DNA of 48,384 bases from Methanobacteriota archaeon (GTDB lineage Archaea; Thermoplasmatota; Poseidoniia; Poseidoniales; Thalassarchaeaceae): the NCBI GenBank assembly GCA_002726275.1, contig PBSO01000017.1, positions 7,583 through 55,966 on the forward strand, given 5' to 3'. Positions within the stretch are counted from its first letter, which is position 1, and each line of letters starts with the position of its first letter. The notes under the pieces are model-generated. The model worked only from the letters and a program-made list of their open reading frames with translations. It made no database searches and was not told where the DNA came from. Shown here in pieces: positions 9,632 through 18,802 of the stretch. Position numbers and translations under genes: made by a program.

Positions 9632-10431
9632 GAAATTCCAACTATCCTTTCTGGCTCGCTCTGGCCCAACCAATGAGTGAATTCAGGCCCATCCTGCTTC
9701 GAAATTGAAAGACTCCCTGAGAATGAATCACAAATTCTCATCAGCACTTCACTTTCAGCTATGTGTGGCATATTGTTGCTCTCAGAAAGGTGGCAGAGTA
9801 CTATGCTCTCAAGCCCATTGTGCATAACCTCATCCAATATCTGCCCAGTCTGGTAATTCGAAAGGTGACCACCTCTTCCCGTTATCCTTCTTTTCAGCGA
9901 TTCGGGATATGGTCCACTCACTAGTCTTGAATGGTCATAGTTCGCTTCTATGGAAATGTGTGAACATCCAGAAAGGTGCTTCTTTAGTTCGTCAGTAGCT
10001 TCTCCCAGATCTGTAACTATCGATGCCCTCTTTCCATCAGAGGAACGTGCGATCACTGCAACATTGTCAGCATCATCATGAGGCACTGGGATGGGCAATA
10101 GGCTCAAATCTGGGCCAGCAGCAATTCTTTCCAAGTCTGAGAACTCAGAGTAATTCTCATGCTCCAGCCATTCCATTCTACGAGCAGTCTCAGCATTGCT
10201 CATTAGTACTGAAGCCCATTTCTTCGATGCTCTGGATGCAGACCTAGAGTGATCAGAATGATGGTGCGTTACGAATATCCCATCAATTTCCATCGGATTC
10301 ACTCCAATCATGGCCAATCTCGACTCTATCCTCTTCAGTGAGAATCCGCAGTCTACCAATATCTTTGATTCATCAGTGGATAAGAGAACGGAATTGCCAC
10401 GACTCCCGCTGCCAAGATGAGTTATCTCCAT
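9628..10431 (-). CDS. MBL-fold metallo-hydrolase, YycJ/WalJ-like
   Basis: LGSGSRGNS, LVDCG, THHHSDH (HxHxDH), PHD, TDLG, IEANYD, GHLSN and HLSESNN motifs. Start moved to ATG 10431 (MEITHLGSG). Confidence 0.88.
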   Translation of the reverse strand: MEITHLGSGSRGNSVLLSTDESKILVDCGFSLKRIESRLAMIGVNPMEIDGIFVTHHHSDHSRSASRASKKWASVLMSNAETARRMEWLEHENYSEFSDLERIAAGPDLSLLPIPVPHDDADNVAVIARSSDGKRASIVTDLGEATDELKKHLSGCSHISIEANYDHSRLVSGPYPESLKRRITGRGGHLSNYQTGQILDEVMHNGLESIVLCHLSESNNMPHIAESEVLMRICDSFSGSLSISKQDGPEFTHWLGQSEPERIVGIS

Positions 10432-10622
10432 TGATATGACCTGTTGCAGTCCGAGCCAAGACGCCCTTTGAATAAATCCACTAATACAGTCAATCAAAGA
10501 CTAATTTGGCACAATATTGGCGTCGCCACAAACCAAAATATCTGACATCCCGTCCGAACGACGCTCCATCATCATGATAAGTCAGTCGAGAACGCTCAAA
10601 GCCGTATAGATGGGGCTATGTC

Positions 10623-13600
10623 ATGAGACGAAAGCAGACCGCGGCATTCATCACGCTACTTCTGCTCAGCAGCCTCGCCTTCGTTTCGCAGACACGCCCA
10701 CAGTCCCCTGTCTCTTCCACTGATCCAACTGATGCTCTAGGAGGGGCCCCTCCAGCGACAGATGCCGATGAAGATCAGATTCCAGATCAGTATGAATCAT
10801 TGCATGGAGCGATAGTCGTTATTGAGACTCTGGATGGGCCTGTGAACGTCAGGGGCCTAGATATGAACAATGGGACTGACAATATGACTGACCATGATAG
10901 GGATGGTGCACCCGCGCTTCTCGAGTATTGCTGGCCATACACTTTGGATAAATGCTTCACAGATAGGCTATCCCTGACTGGAAAGCCCCCTGAGTTGACT
11001 GAATCCGGACAAAGGGAGTATCTCGATCCAACCAACTCCGATTCAGATGGCGACGGACTTCCCGATGGATATGAGATACACATGTGCACAGAGGGCGGCC
11101 TCGGTTACATCAATGCTACAAATGCATGGACGTGCCTCTGGTTCGATCCTCTCGACCCATCAGATGAAGTTGACGATATTGATCGATGTCAGGATTTCAC
11201 CTTTGGATGCGGCGACGGTTTCGACGTAAATAGAGATGGAGTTATTGACATTACAGAAAGGTATACTAATTCTGAGGAATACTCTTTTGGGATTCCAGAT
11301 GGGTGGGTAACTGAGAGAGATGGACTATGGTGCGCAGGAGAGATTCCCGGACTAAGTAAGGACTCTTGCCAAGAAGTGGAAGACAGGCCTACAGGCGACA
11401 ACGGTTGGTTGGGGAGCGACCCAACAGATCCCGACTCAGATCACTATACCTGGTCAGAGGTAATTGCAACGGGACTTGTTGTACCGGGTGACGGCATACC
11501 TGATGGGTGGGAGGTTCACTACGGGCTCGATCCTAGGAATGCTAGTGATGCAATCGAGGATTCAGATGGAGATGGCTGGGATATGGACAGGGATGGTTTT
11601 GTTATTCCAGATACATCCACATCAACAGCACAATGGGGAGAGGCATTCAGTAATTATGAGGAATACATGACCCATTTCGATGATGGTGCATGGGTAACAC
11701 CCGGGCTCAGGGGAACCCTAATGTCACATCATGAGGGAGAAGTAATCTCGTTTGATCAGTCCACATCTCCTGGTTTGGTTGACGGTTCCGTGCACTCACT
11801 GATCAGCGACCCCGGAAGAGACAGACTCCTTGTTGGATCTAATTTCGGCATTACCGCAATAGATCCATTCGGTGGCTCCGTCTCACGTCATTACCTTCCT
11901 TCGGGAATGGAAATGAACACAATGATGAGTTGGTCAGCTGGAGAATCACAATTCCTAATCTTGGGGACTAATTCAGGGATTCACTGCTTATCCATGGAAA
12001 GCGGCCTTCCTGTGATGTCCTCACTTTCGGATTCAAACATAGGCCCCATAGAAACAATCCTCCAGTTGAACACGGGAAGTAGTGATCTCGACATCCTGGC
12101 ATTTGGGAAAATGTCGGCATGGTCCGTTTCATTTGTACAAGAACAATCATCCGGAGAAGCCCATTGCTCAAGCGATGGCTATTCAATTTCCATAACTGAG
12201 CCAATTCCAAATATCGAACTAAATGATATTTTTGAGGACGCTTCAACATCAGCTAATACTGCATTGCACGTCCCAGTCTCGGGAAGGGGACCATTACTTC
12301 TGATTGGAACGGATGCAGGCCTTTTGGCATGGAACACGACAGATGCCGCCACTTCGGCCGGCAATCCGTGGTGGGTTTACGACAAAGAAAACTCCGAGGA
12401 CTTCGTCCAACGTGCAGATTTACTCAATGAGTCCAAGTCTGCTATAGTTAACACAATGGAAGTCGCTGGACCTTTGCAACCGGGAGGGGGTGTTGAGGAA
12501 GTCACTGGAGTTTGGCTCGGAACAGCAGGCGGCCTCCATCTGATTGACCTAAGCACATTCATTCAGATGCCCTACTCATCTATCAGTAGTGAGCGGATGT
12601 ACAACATAGACAGATGGGCCGAGGGAGCAAATGACGTGCACTCAGTCATGTCATACAACGGGATGGTTGTCGTTGGCTCTAGAGACGGCTCTTGGTGCTT
12701 GGAGGGCGGTCATACAGGAGTTCTGGGAATGTACCTAAACCAGTCTAGAATACCTGGATTAGTCACTTCCCTAGTTACTCTCGAGAACGACGGAAAGAAT
12801 TGGCTATTTGCGGGTGTTTCACCAGGCCGATTCATGAATATCATGCCAATAGATCCTCAGTCTGCCGACTCCGATTTAGATGGGATGCCCGATGGCTGGG
12901 AGTATGCATATGGCCTTGATCCAACTGATCCCTATGACAGGGACAGAGATGCTGATGCTGATGGGGTCAGCTATGAGTTAGCCGATGGAACTGAATTTAC
13001 CAGGGGCTGGTCCAACTTAGAGGAGTACAGATACATTAGAACATCGGAGTTAGGATTCAATGGCACGGACCCTCGGGATACTGACTCAGATGGAGACGGC
13101 TTGTCCGATGGAGAAGAGTATTGGGGATGGTTCCTAGAGCCAACATCATTCAAGTGCCATTACCTAAATGACGACTATATTTGCGACGAAAATACAGAAG
13201 AACTGGCTGAGACCGTCCATCTTGAAGGGTGGCTTGGCTCGGGAGCCGGAGGGGGTACCGATGGACCAACTGACCCAACAAATGCGGACACAGATGGGGA
13301 CGGCATGCCAGATGGTTGGGAGATTGAACACAGGAGGTGGATAGGGGATGTATACACAGGCGGAAATCTTTGGACTCTTGATCCTCGAAATCCAGATGAT
13401 GCAGATGGTGATGCTGATGGCGACGGTCTGACGAACCTTTGCGAGTATATGTGGGGAAACATGCTCGAGACAGTACTTAGGGAGGGACTGCCTTCACATG
13501 GCGAATCGAACGAGTCGGCAGAATCCTGGGTTAAGACCGATCCTAACAATATTGACTCCGATGGAGACAGCCTCCCGGACGGGTGGGAGGCTAGGTACAC

Positions 13601-16367
13601 ATGTACTTGGAATAAGGAGAATAAAGGAATAAACCCACTCAATGGCTCTGATTACCTGAATAATCCCGATAACGATGGCTATGATGTGAACCACGATGGT
13701 TTGCTATCTATCGATGAACAATTCGTAAATTGGCTTGAGTACCATATCAAGTCCGAGATAATGTATGGCTCAATGACCTCTTCTGGGATGACGTATCCAG
13801 ATAACTTCACCACCTCACTCTGGAATGAGACTTGGCAGGATTTGGCCGAGGGCTCATTTGGGGACTTCACCAGTCCATCCTACCAGAGCTTGGTGAATGG
13901 TACAACGACTCAGGATGTCGGTTCTGCTAATCCTCTTTCCCCAGACTCAGACAGGGATGGCATGCCAGATGGTTGGGAATTCTTCCATTCTAGATGGAGC
14001 CTATTCGATGAGGAGTGGACACTCAACCCCGTTGATGAGAGGGACCAGATTGGGGATCCAGATGGCGATGGAATGAACAATTGGGAGGAGTACAATTCTA
14101 TAGACGGAAATCTGAGTGAAACGGATAATCTAGTTACTTCTCCACAGTTCTACCTCCTTTCTGTTGGGGGGGAACTACTTGCTACTCCGTGGCTATCTGC
14201 CGAGTCTTCTCAGTCATTCGGAACATTCCTCACTGAAGAACAGAGGAATTTGACTGGTTTGACCGCAGATCCCAATGACCCAGACACCGATAACGACGGG
14301 CTACTCGATGGCATAGAGTTGATTTTCACGAGGTGGAACTCCACCGACTCAGTTTGGACGCTAAACCCATTGGTCCCCGGAGATGGAAATTATGACTCCG
14401 ACATGGATGGGATAACAGATCTTGTAGAGTTGAACCTGACAAACAACAATCCAGCGAACGGCGGTCTTTCTCCCCCTGATGCCCCTAGGATGTGGGAGGA
14501 AGCGCAGCAACTCGACCCGTCCGAGGCCAATAATAGGATTTACAGAATTCTATTCAACAAGGAGGGCAAGGCACAATTAGCAATGCAGCAGTATCAGGAA
14601 TGGCTTTCCGGCGAGCCGGCAAAACCACTGCTGACATACCTCTTGGGAATTTCAGATCCCAATGATGAAGATACAGATAGGGATGGTATGAGTGATGGCT
14701 ATGAGTATTGGTTCACAGAGTGGAACCTGGAAGACAACATATGGGAGATGAATCCACTCACTGGGACAGATGTCTCCAGGGATACCGATGAAGACTCATT
14801 TGATTGCGATGGGAGTGGCCACATTTCCGACTCCGAATCATTCGACAATCTCGCTGAGTACGAGTCAAGGGTATATGGTAAAAGAACTGCAGTTGATACA
14901 ATATCCAATGAGACTGGCTTGGTATCATACGGGACCGACTCCATAAATGCTCAGATGGAGGAGAATGGACTGTCTTATCAAGCGGCGTTCGGGCATCTTT
15001 ATTCTTCATTCTCCAGCAAGAGTCTAGAATCATCTGAAAGAATGGGCCTGATAAATTCAGTAGATACGAACAATTTCAACACTAGCCTAGCCGGGGTTAG
15101 TGACCCAACAGACGGAGACTCAGACAGGGATGGCATGCCAGATGGTTGGGAATTCTGCTACTCGATATACGGGGAGTTCCTCCCTGTGAACTCATTCAGG
15201 TGGTCAATGAATCCGATAAACGAGCTCGATGTTGGTTATGATCCGGATGCAGATGGGTGGTATGATAGGATGTGGTCAGACATTCCTGCAGAGCAAGGAA
15301 CTTGGGAAGGCAGGCAATTTACCGCTTCATCCATAGACAGTCAGATTGGCCAGGGCGCCCAGCCACTTTACTTTTCCAACCTGATGGAGTACGAGAATGG
15401 CACACACCCATTGGATCAAGATAGTGACGATGATTCAGTCGTCATGATTCCATTCTTCCAGGACGGCTCTGTGGTAGCTTATATCCAAGACTCGAATCTC
15501 TCTGATGGCAGAGAGGTGTTCAAGTATGGCACAAACCCCCTCGACAACGATACTGATGGAGACATGATGCCCGACTTCTACGAGTACTACAGGGGATGGA
15601 ATGAGACTAATGACAATTGGTCATCATACATGCAGATTTCAGTAGTCTGGTATCAGGTTACTCCGGTTGTTTGGAAGCCAGTGGATGTTTCATCAGGTAT
15701 CATCTCCAGGCCCCAGTTGGACTGGGCATGGTTTACTCATGATCCAACGGACCCGTCCGATGCTGGCCAGGATGCAGATAATGATGGGGGGTGGGACTGC
15801 TCAAGCGGGAGTTGTATTTACCAGCCTTACAACAACTTCCAAGAGTACTTTGGCGTGGTCAATGCTTCACTTTCTTCACCATCATTGGTCCGCGAGTCAA
15901 ACCTCTATGACTGCTCAGGAAATTTGGTAATGGAGTGGTGGCAACTCAGGGAGGCACTATTGGGGACCTGCTCAGGAAGTGCTGCACTGTCCACGAATTA
16001 CTTCAGAATGTATAGGATAAACAATGATGACCAGCTATATGCCCTGATTGTTGATGACAACGATATAGACTACGAGGAGGTGGACAGTAGTGATGACGTA
16101 ATTCTGCTAAATGGCGCATGGGCCGATGAATACAACAGATTTGCTGGCGACCAATACCACCTACCTAACACCGGGCTAGGCGAGTATGTTTTCGGATGGT
16201 GGGGAATTGATATTGATGGTGATCAGATAGCTGACGGTACAGATCCGACGAATTGGGACACCGATGGGGATTGGCTGAATGACCATTTCGAAATAGAAGA
16301 CGATCTACTCGATGGAATCAGAGGAAATAGTGGATCCCCAATAAGATATGACGATCGCTCAACCTAG
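10623..16367 (+). CDS. Giant secreted protein with many DxDxDG calcium-binding (thrombospondin type 3-like) repeats and a central beta-propeller-like region
   Basis: Signal peptide MRRKQTAAFITLLLLSSLAF. About 25 motifs of the DSDGDGLPDGWE type. Propeller-blade motifs LLVGSNFGI, LILGTNSGI, LLIGTDAGL, VWLGTAGGL. No C-terminal TM helix. Confidence 0.8.
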   Translation: MRRKQTAAFITLLLLSSLAFVSQTRPQSPVSSTDPTDALGGAPPATDADEDQIPDQYESLHGAIVVIETLDGPVNVRGLDMNNGTDNMTDHDRDGAPALLEYCWPYTLDKCFTDRLSLTGKPPELTESGQREYLDPTNSDSDGDGLPDGYEIHMCTEGGLGYINATNAWTCLWFDPLDPSDEVDDIDRCQDFTFGCGDGFDVNRDGVIDITERYTNSEEYSFGIPDGWVTERDGLWCAGEIPGLSKDSCQEVEDRPTGDNGWLGSDPTDPDSDHYTWSEVIATGLVVPGDGIPDGWEVHYGLDPRNASDAIEDSDGDGWDMDRDGFVIPDTSTSTAQWGEAFSNYEEYMTHFDDGAWVTPGLRGTLMSHHEGEVISFDQSTSPGLVDGSVHSLISDPGRDRLLVGSNFGITAIDPFGGSVSRHYLPSGMEMNTMMSWSAGESQFLILGTNSGIHCLSMESGLPVMSSLSDSNIGPIETILQLNTGSSDLDILAFGKMSAWSVSFVQEQSSGEAHCSSDGYSISITEPIPNIELNDIFEDASTSANTALHVPVSGRGPLLLIGTDAGLLAWNTTDAATSAGNPWWVYDKENSEDFVQRADLLNESKSAIVNTMEVAGPLQPGGGVEEVTGVWLGTAGGLHLIDLSTFIQMPYSSISSERMYNIDRWAEGANDVHSVMSYNGMVVVGSRDGSWCLEGGHTGVLGMYLNQSRIPGLVTSLVTLENDGKNWLFAGVSPGRFMNIMPIDPQSADSDLDGMPDGWEYAYGLDPTDPYDRDRDADADGVSYELADGTEFTRGWSNLEEYRYIRTSELGFNGTDPRDTDSDGDGLSDGEEYWGWFLEPTSFKCHYLNDDYICDENTEELAETVHLEGWLGSGAGGGTDGPTDPTNADTDGDGMPDGWEIEHRRWIGDVYTGGNLWTLDPRNPDDADGDADGDGLTNLCEYMWGNMLETVLREGLPSHGESNESAESWVKTDPNNIDSDGDSLPDGWEARYTCTWNKENKGINPLNGSDYLNNPDNDGYDVNHDGLLSIDEQFVNWLEYHIKSEIMYGSMTSSGMTYPDNFTTSLWNETWQDLAEGSFGDFTSPSYQSLVNGTTTQDVGSANPLSPDSDRDGMPDGWEFFHSRWSLFDEEWTLNPVDERDQIGDPDGDGMNNWEEYNSIDGNLSETDNLVTSPQFYLLSVGGELLATPWLSAESSQSFGTFLTEEQRNLTGLTADPNDPDTDNDGLLDGIELIFTRWNSTDSVWTLNPLVPGDGNYDSDMDGITDLVELNLTNNNPANGGLSPPDAPRMWEEAQQLDPSEANNRIYRILFNKEGKAQLAMQQYQEWLSGEPAKPLLTYLLGISDPNDEDTDRDGMSDGYEYWFTEWNLEDNIWEMNPLTGTDVSRDTDEDSFDCDGSGHISDSESFDNLAEYESRVYGKRTAVDTISNETGLVSYGTDSINAQMEENGLSYQAAFGHLYSSFSSKSLESSERMGLINSVDTNNFNTSLAGVSDPTDGDSDRDGMPDGWEFCYSIYGEFLPVNSFRWSMNPINELDVGYDPDADGWYDRMWSDIPAEQGTWEGRQFTASSIDSQIGQGAQPLYFSNLMEYENGTHPLDQDSDDDSVVMIPFFQDGSVVAYIQDSNLSDGREVFKYGTNPLDNDTDGDMMPDFYEYYRGWNETNDNWSSYMQISVVWYQVTPVVWKPVDVSSGIISRPQLDWAWFTHDPTDPSDAGQDADNDGGWDCSSGSCIYQPYNNFQEYFGVVNASLSSPSLVRESNLYDCSGNLVMEWWQLREALLGTCSGSAALSTNYFRMYRINNDDQLYALIVDDNDIDYEEVDSSDDVILLNGAWADEYNRFAGDQYHLPNTGLGEYVFGWWGIDIDGDQIADGTDPTNWDTDGDWLNDHFEIEDDLLDGIRGNSGSPIRYDDRST
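13943..13983 (+). repeat. Perfect 41-bp direct repeat, copy 1 (copy 2 at 15116-15156)
   Basis: AGACTCAGACAGGGATGGCATGCCAGATGGTTGGGAATTCT is identical at both positions; its 20-nt core also occurs at 13302-13321. Confidence 0.9.
15116..15156 (+). repeat. Perfect 41-bp direct repeat, copy 2
   Basis: Identical to 13943-13983. Confidence 0.9.
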
Positions 16368-16398
16368 AACTCTTGAGTGCGAATCACTTGGAAGGGCC

Positions 16399-16872
16399 AT
16401 GGGCGAATCCAGCGGGAGCATACCTGGTCCCAATCAACCCCTGGAGGAAAGACTCCTCTTTCTACAGGAAAACATGGTCAACTTCGTCAATCAGTACGAT
16501 CTCCCCGTGGTGGAAGTGGCCTTGGTGATATCCAAATACATCAGGATAATTACAAGTCAGTTGCAGAATGCAGCCGAAGAGTCCGGAGAGGATCTTCCAA
16601 CTTCACTATTGGAACCATGGCCAATTGATTCAGAGGGAGAATTACCCAGAATCGACTCATTCCCACTAGAAAGGGTGCTGGATTCCGTCGATCAGGACCG
16701 CATGGAAATTTTTGATACAATAATTCGAACAATATTGAATGAAACAGAGATGCCATTTGTTTCCTCAATAACCGTTTTGAGGGACTGGGAATCAAAAGTG
16801 AGAATCCAACTCAGTGAGTCCACCAGCCCAGGTCATTTATTCAGTCCAATGAAGCTACCCGATGGATTCTAA
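16399..16872 (+). CDS. Hypothetical helical protein with an apparent internal duplication
   Basis: ORF directly downstream of the giant gene on the same strand. ATG 16399 avoids the overlap. Two alignable ~40-aa helical halves. Confidence 0.65.
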   Translation: MGESSGSIPGPNQPLEERLLFLQENMVNFVNQYDLPVVEVALVISKYIRIITSQLQNAAEESGEDLPTSLLEPWPIDSEGELPRIDSFPLERVLDSVDQDRMEIFDTIIRTILNETEMPFVSSITVLRDWESKVRIQLSESTSPGHLFSPMKLPDGF

Positions 16873-17204
16873 CTATTCTGGGACTCTGCAACTATCCCGC
16901 TAGAAACCCACCAAGCATCGAAAATCGACCAAATGAAGATGACTGGCCACAGTACCACAGAGAGAATCAGGGGAAATTGGATCAAGAACCAACCGAGCCC
17001 CTTTCTGTGTTGACGATTGAAGTGCTGACCTAGGAAAAGGAACGGTACAAGTGAAACAACAATCGCAAAAATGGGCCTTAGTGCACCCCAGGCACCAATT
17101 CCACCACTTAGTTCAGTCCAGATTATTCCGAAAACCCCCAGAGCACTAACCCCATCATCCTCTTCTTCAGCAGGTAGTATGACTACGTACTCACTGTCAG
17201 ACAC
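16869..17204 (-). CDS. Small hypothetical membrane protein
   Basis: GTG start; 2-3 hydrophobic segments; fills the gap between flanking genes. Confidence 0.65.
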   Translation of the reverse strand: MSDSEYVVILPAEEEDDGVSALGVFGIIWTELSGGIGAWGALRPIFAIVVSLVPFLFLGQHFNRQHRKGLGWFLIQFPLILSVVLWPVIFIWSIFDAWWVSSGIVAESQNS

Positions 17205-17288
17205 GACTATTGGAATGGGGGGGGTGGAATGAATATGACGTATCCCAGATGCGAAAATGACTACTTCTGATGGCTACTCGCAGACACC

Positions 17289-18263
17289 GTGACTTCACCG
17301 CGGGTACTACTAACGGGTTTCGAGCCCTTTTCAGGTAGGGGATTCAATGTTTCAGAATCCGTGGCAAGGAAAATCGATGCATCCGGAATCCATGGAGTGG
17401 AAATTTCAACTATTATCCTCAGTGTGGACGAGGTCGGCTCAAGAAAATGCTCAGAATTAATCAGATCCGGGCACCACTTCGATGCGATAGTACACCTTGG
17501 ATTATCAGAGAGGAGGAGAAATATCAGCCTGGAATCACTAGCTAAGAATAATCTGGAGATGTCCAAGCCGGACAACTCTGGAAGAATGGTTTCTAACTCC
17601 TCAATTGCAGAAGATGCTCCGGATTTCATCAGAACTACGGCCTCCAAGCACATTCTGGATGAGGAGTTTGAACATGACGTTAGGGTGTTATGGAGCGAAG
17701 ATGCCGGTGGTTTCGTCTGCAATGAGACCTTTTTCAGAACCCTTGAGGCAATTGGAGAAAAAGAAACACCAGTACTCTTTGTTCATCTCCCAGTTCCAGA
17801 ACACATAGCAATTAGTGAACAAACTGACATAGTCTCAAGGATTATCAGGAGACTTGCAATAAAGCCCCACTACCGGGTCGTAGGTGCTTTGCTAACTGAC
17901 CCAGAGGGAAGGATGCTTGCATGCAGGAGGCCCCAAGGAGATGCATGGGCAGGTTGGTGGGAGTTCCCAGGTGGTAAGATAGAAGAAAATGAGTCCCAGG
18001 AACTCGCATTAATCAGGGAGATAGATGAGGAACTGGGGATTTTGGTGAGTCCAATTTCTTGTGTCGCAGAGATTTCACATGATTACGGGGATAGGGATGT
18101 GGACTTGTTCATATGGAAGTGTGAGCCGGTTGATCCTGCCTCGATAATCCTTTCAGAGCACGACAAGTCAGTATGGGTTGGGAAGGATGGTTTGATTGGG
18201 CTAAAATGGCTTCCCGCCGATCTTCCTTTGATAGAGGAATGGTCCTCATCTGGAATTCCCTAA
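17289..18263 (+). CDS. Fusion protein: pyroglutamyl-peptidase I (C15) + MutT-like Nudix hydrolase
   Basis: Peptidase motifs VLLTGFEPF, HLGL, SLESLAKN (Glu), SEDAGGFVCN (Cys), FVHLP (His). Then WEFPGGK and the Nudix box GKIEENESQELALIREIDEELG, with C-terminal WLPAD. Confidence 0.88.
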   Translation: MTSPRVLLTGFEPFSGRGFNVSESVARKIDASGIHGVEISTIILSVDEVGSRKCSELIRSGHHFDAIVHLGLSERRRNISLESLAKNNLEMSKPDNSGRMVSNSSIAEDAPDFIRTTASKHILDEEFEHDVRVLWSEDAGGFVCNETFFRTLEAIGEKETPVLFVHLPVPEHIAISEQTDIVSRIIRRLAIKPHYRVVGALLTDPEGRMLACRRPQGDAWAGWWEFPGGKIEENESQELALIREIDEELGILVSPISCVAEISHDYGDRDVDLFIWKCEPVDPASIILSEHDKSVWVGKDGLIGLKWLPADLPLIEEWSSSGIP

Positions 18264-18778
18264 GGTTCTTCGCCGATGGTGGGCTTACCCTTCTTGTCAA
18301 ACCACTCATTCGGAGTCCCATCTTTTGACATGGATAAGTCATCACCAACAGTTCTAGGAATGAAGGACCTCCCTCGATGCCAAGTCACCTCCTCTAGCCA
18401 CAAGTCAATCCCCTTCCCTGAAATTGAAACATCAATTTCTCCGCCCGTGACCCTTTCCCCCAAGGGAAATGAAACCTTTCCCACAAGTGCTGCTTGCCGG
18501 GAAATTGAGAAATCCGCGTATTTCCCATCCTCCATGTCAAGAGACATTGCGTCAAGAGCGGTGTCCATGATATTCTGTTTTGCAATGGCCTCTAGAAATA
18601 CGTCCATGGAGGAAGTTACCCCATACAGGATTTCTGCAGTTCCTTCATGAGGGAAAACCCTCCTGTCGGTTTCCCCATTTGGCTCCCAGTCGGGGAAAAT
18701 ATTCTTTACGGCCTGAACTACCAAACCTGGGTCCTCATGAGATTGGATAGTTGTTGACACCCTGATGTCTATCTCCAC
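18260..18778 (-). CDS. Putative RNA-binding protein, UPF0201/DUF54-like
   Basis: EDPGLVVQAVKNIFP, QNIMDTA and SRQAALVGKVSF resemble this archaeal family. Confidence 0.65.
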   Translation of the reverse strand: MEIDIRVSTTIQSHEDPGLVVQAVKNIFPDWEPNGETDRRVFPHEGTAEILYGVTSSMDVFLEAIAKQNIMDTALDAMSLDMEDGKYADFSISRQAALVGKVSFPLGERVTGGEIDVSISGKGIDLWLEEVTWHRGRSFIPRTVGDDLSMSKDGTPNEWFDKKGKPTIGEEP

Positions 18779-18802
18779 GTTACCCCCAGAGACATCTCAC
18801 TG

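Noticed and set aside
10432-10622. Intergenic gap checked for a tRNA, ncRNA or small ORF
   Set aside because: No cloverleaf or T-loop consensus and only very short ORFs; adequately explained as a divergent promoter region.
10623-16367. Recurring GATGG...GATGG.TGGGA DNA motifs as a possible CRISPR array or DGR template/variable repeat pair
   Set aside because: Spacing is irregular and the repeats follow the protein motif in frame. No cas or reverse transcriptase gene is present, and there is no adenine-specific mismatch pattern.
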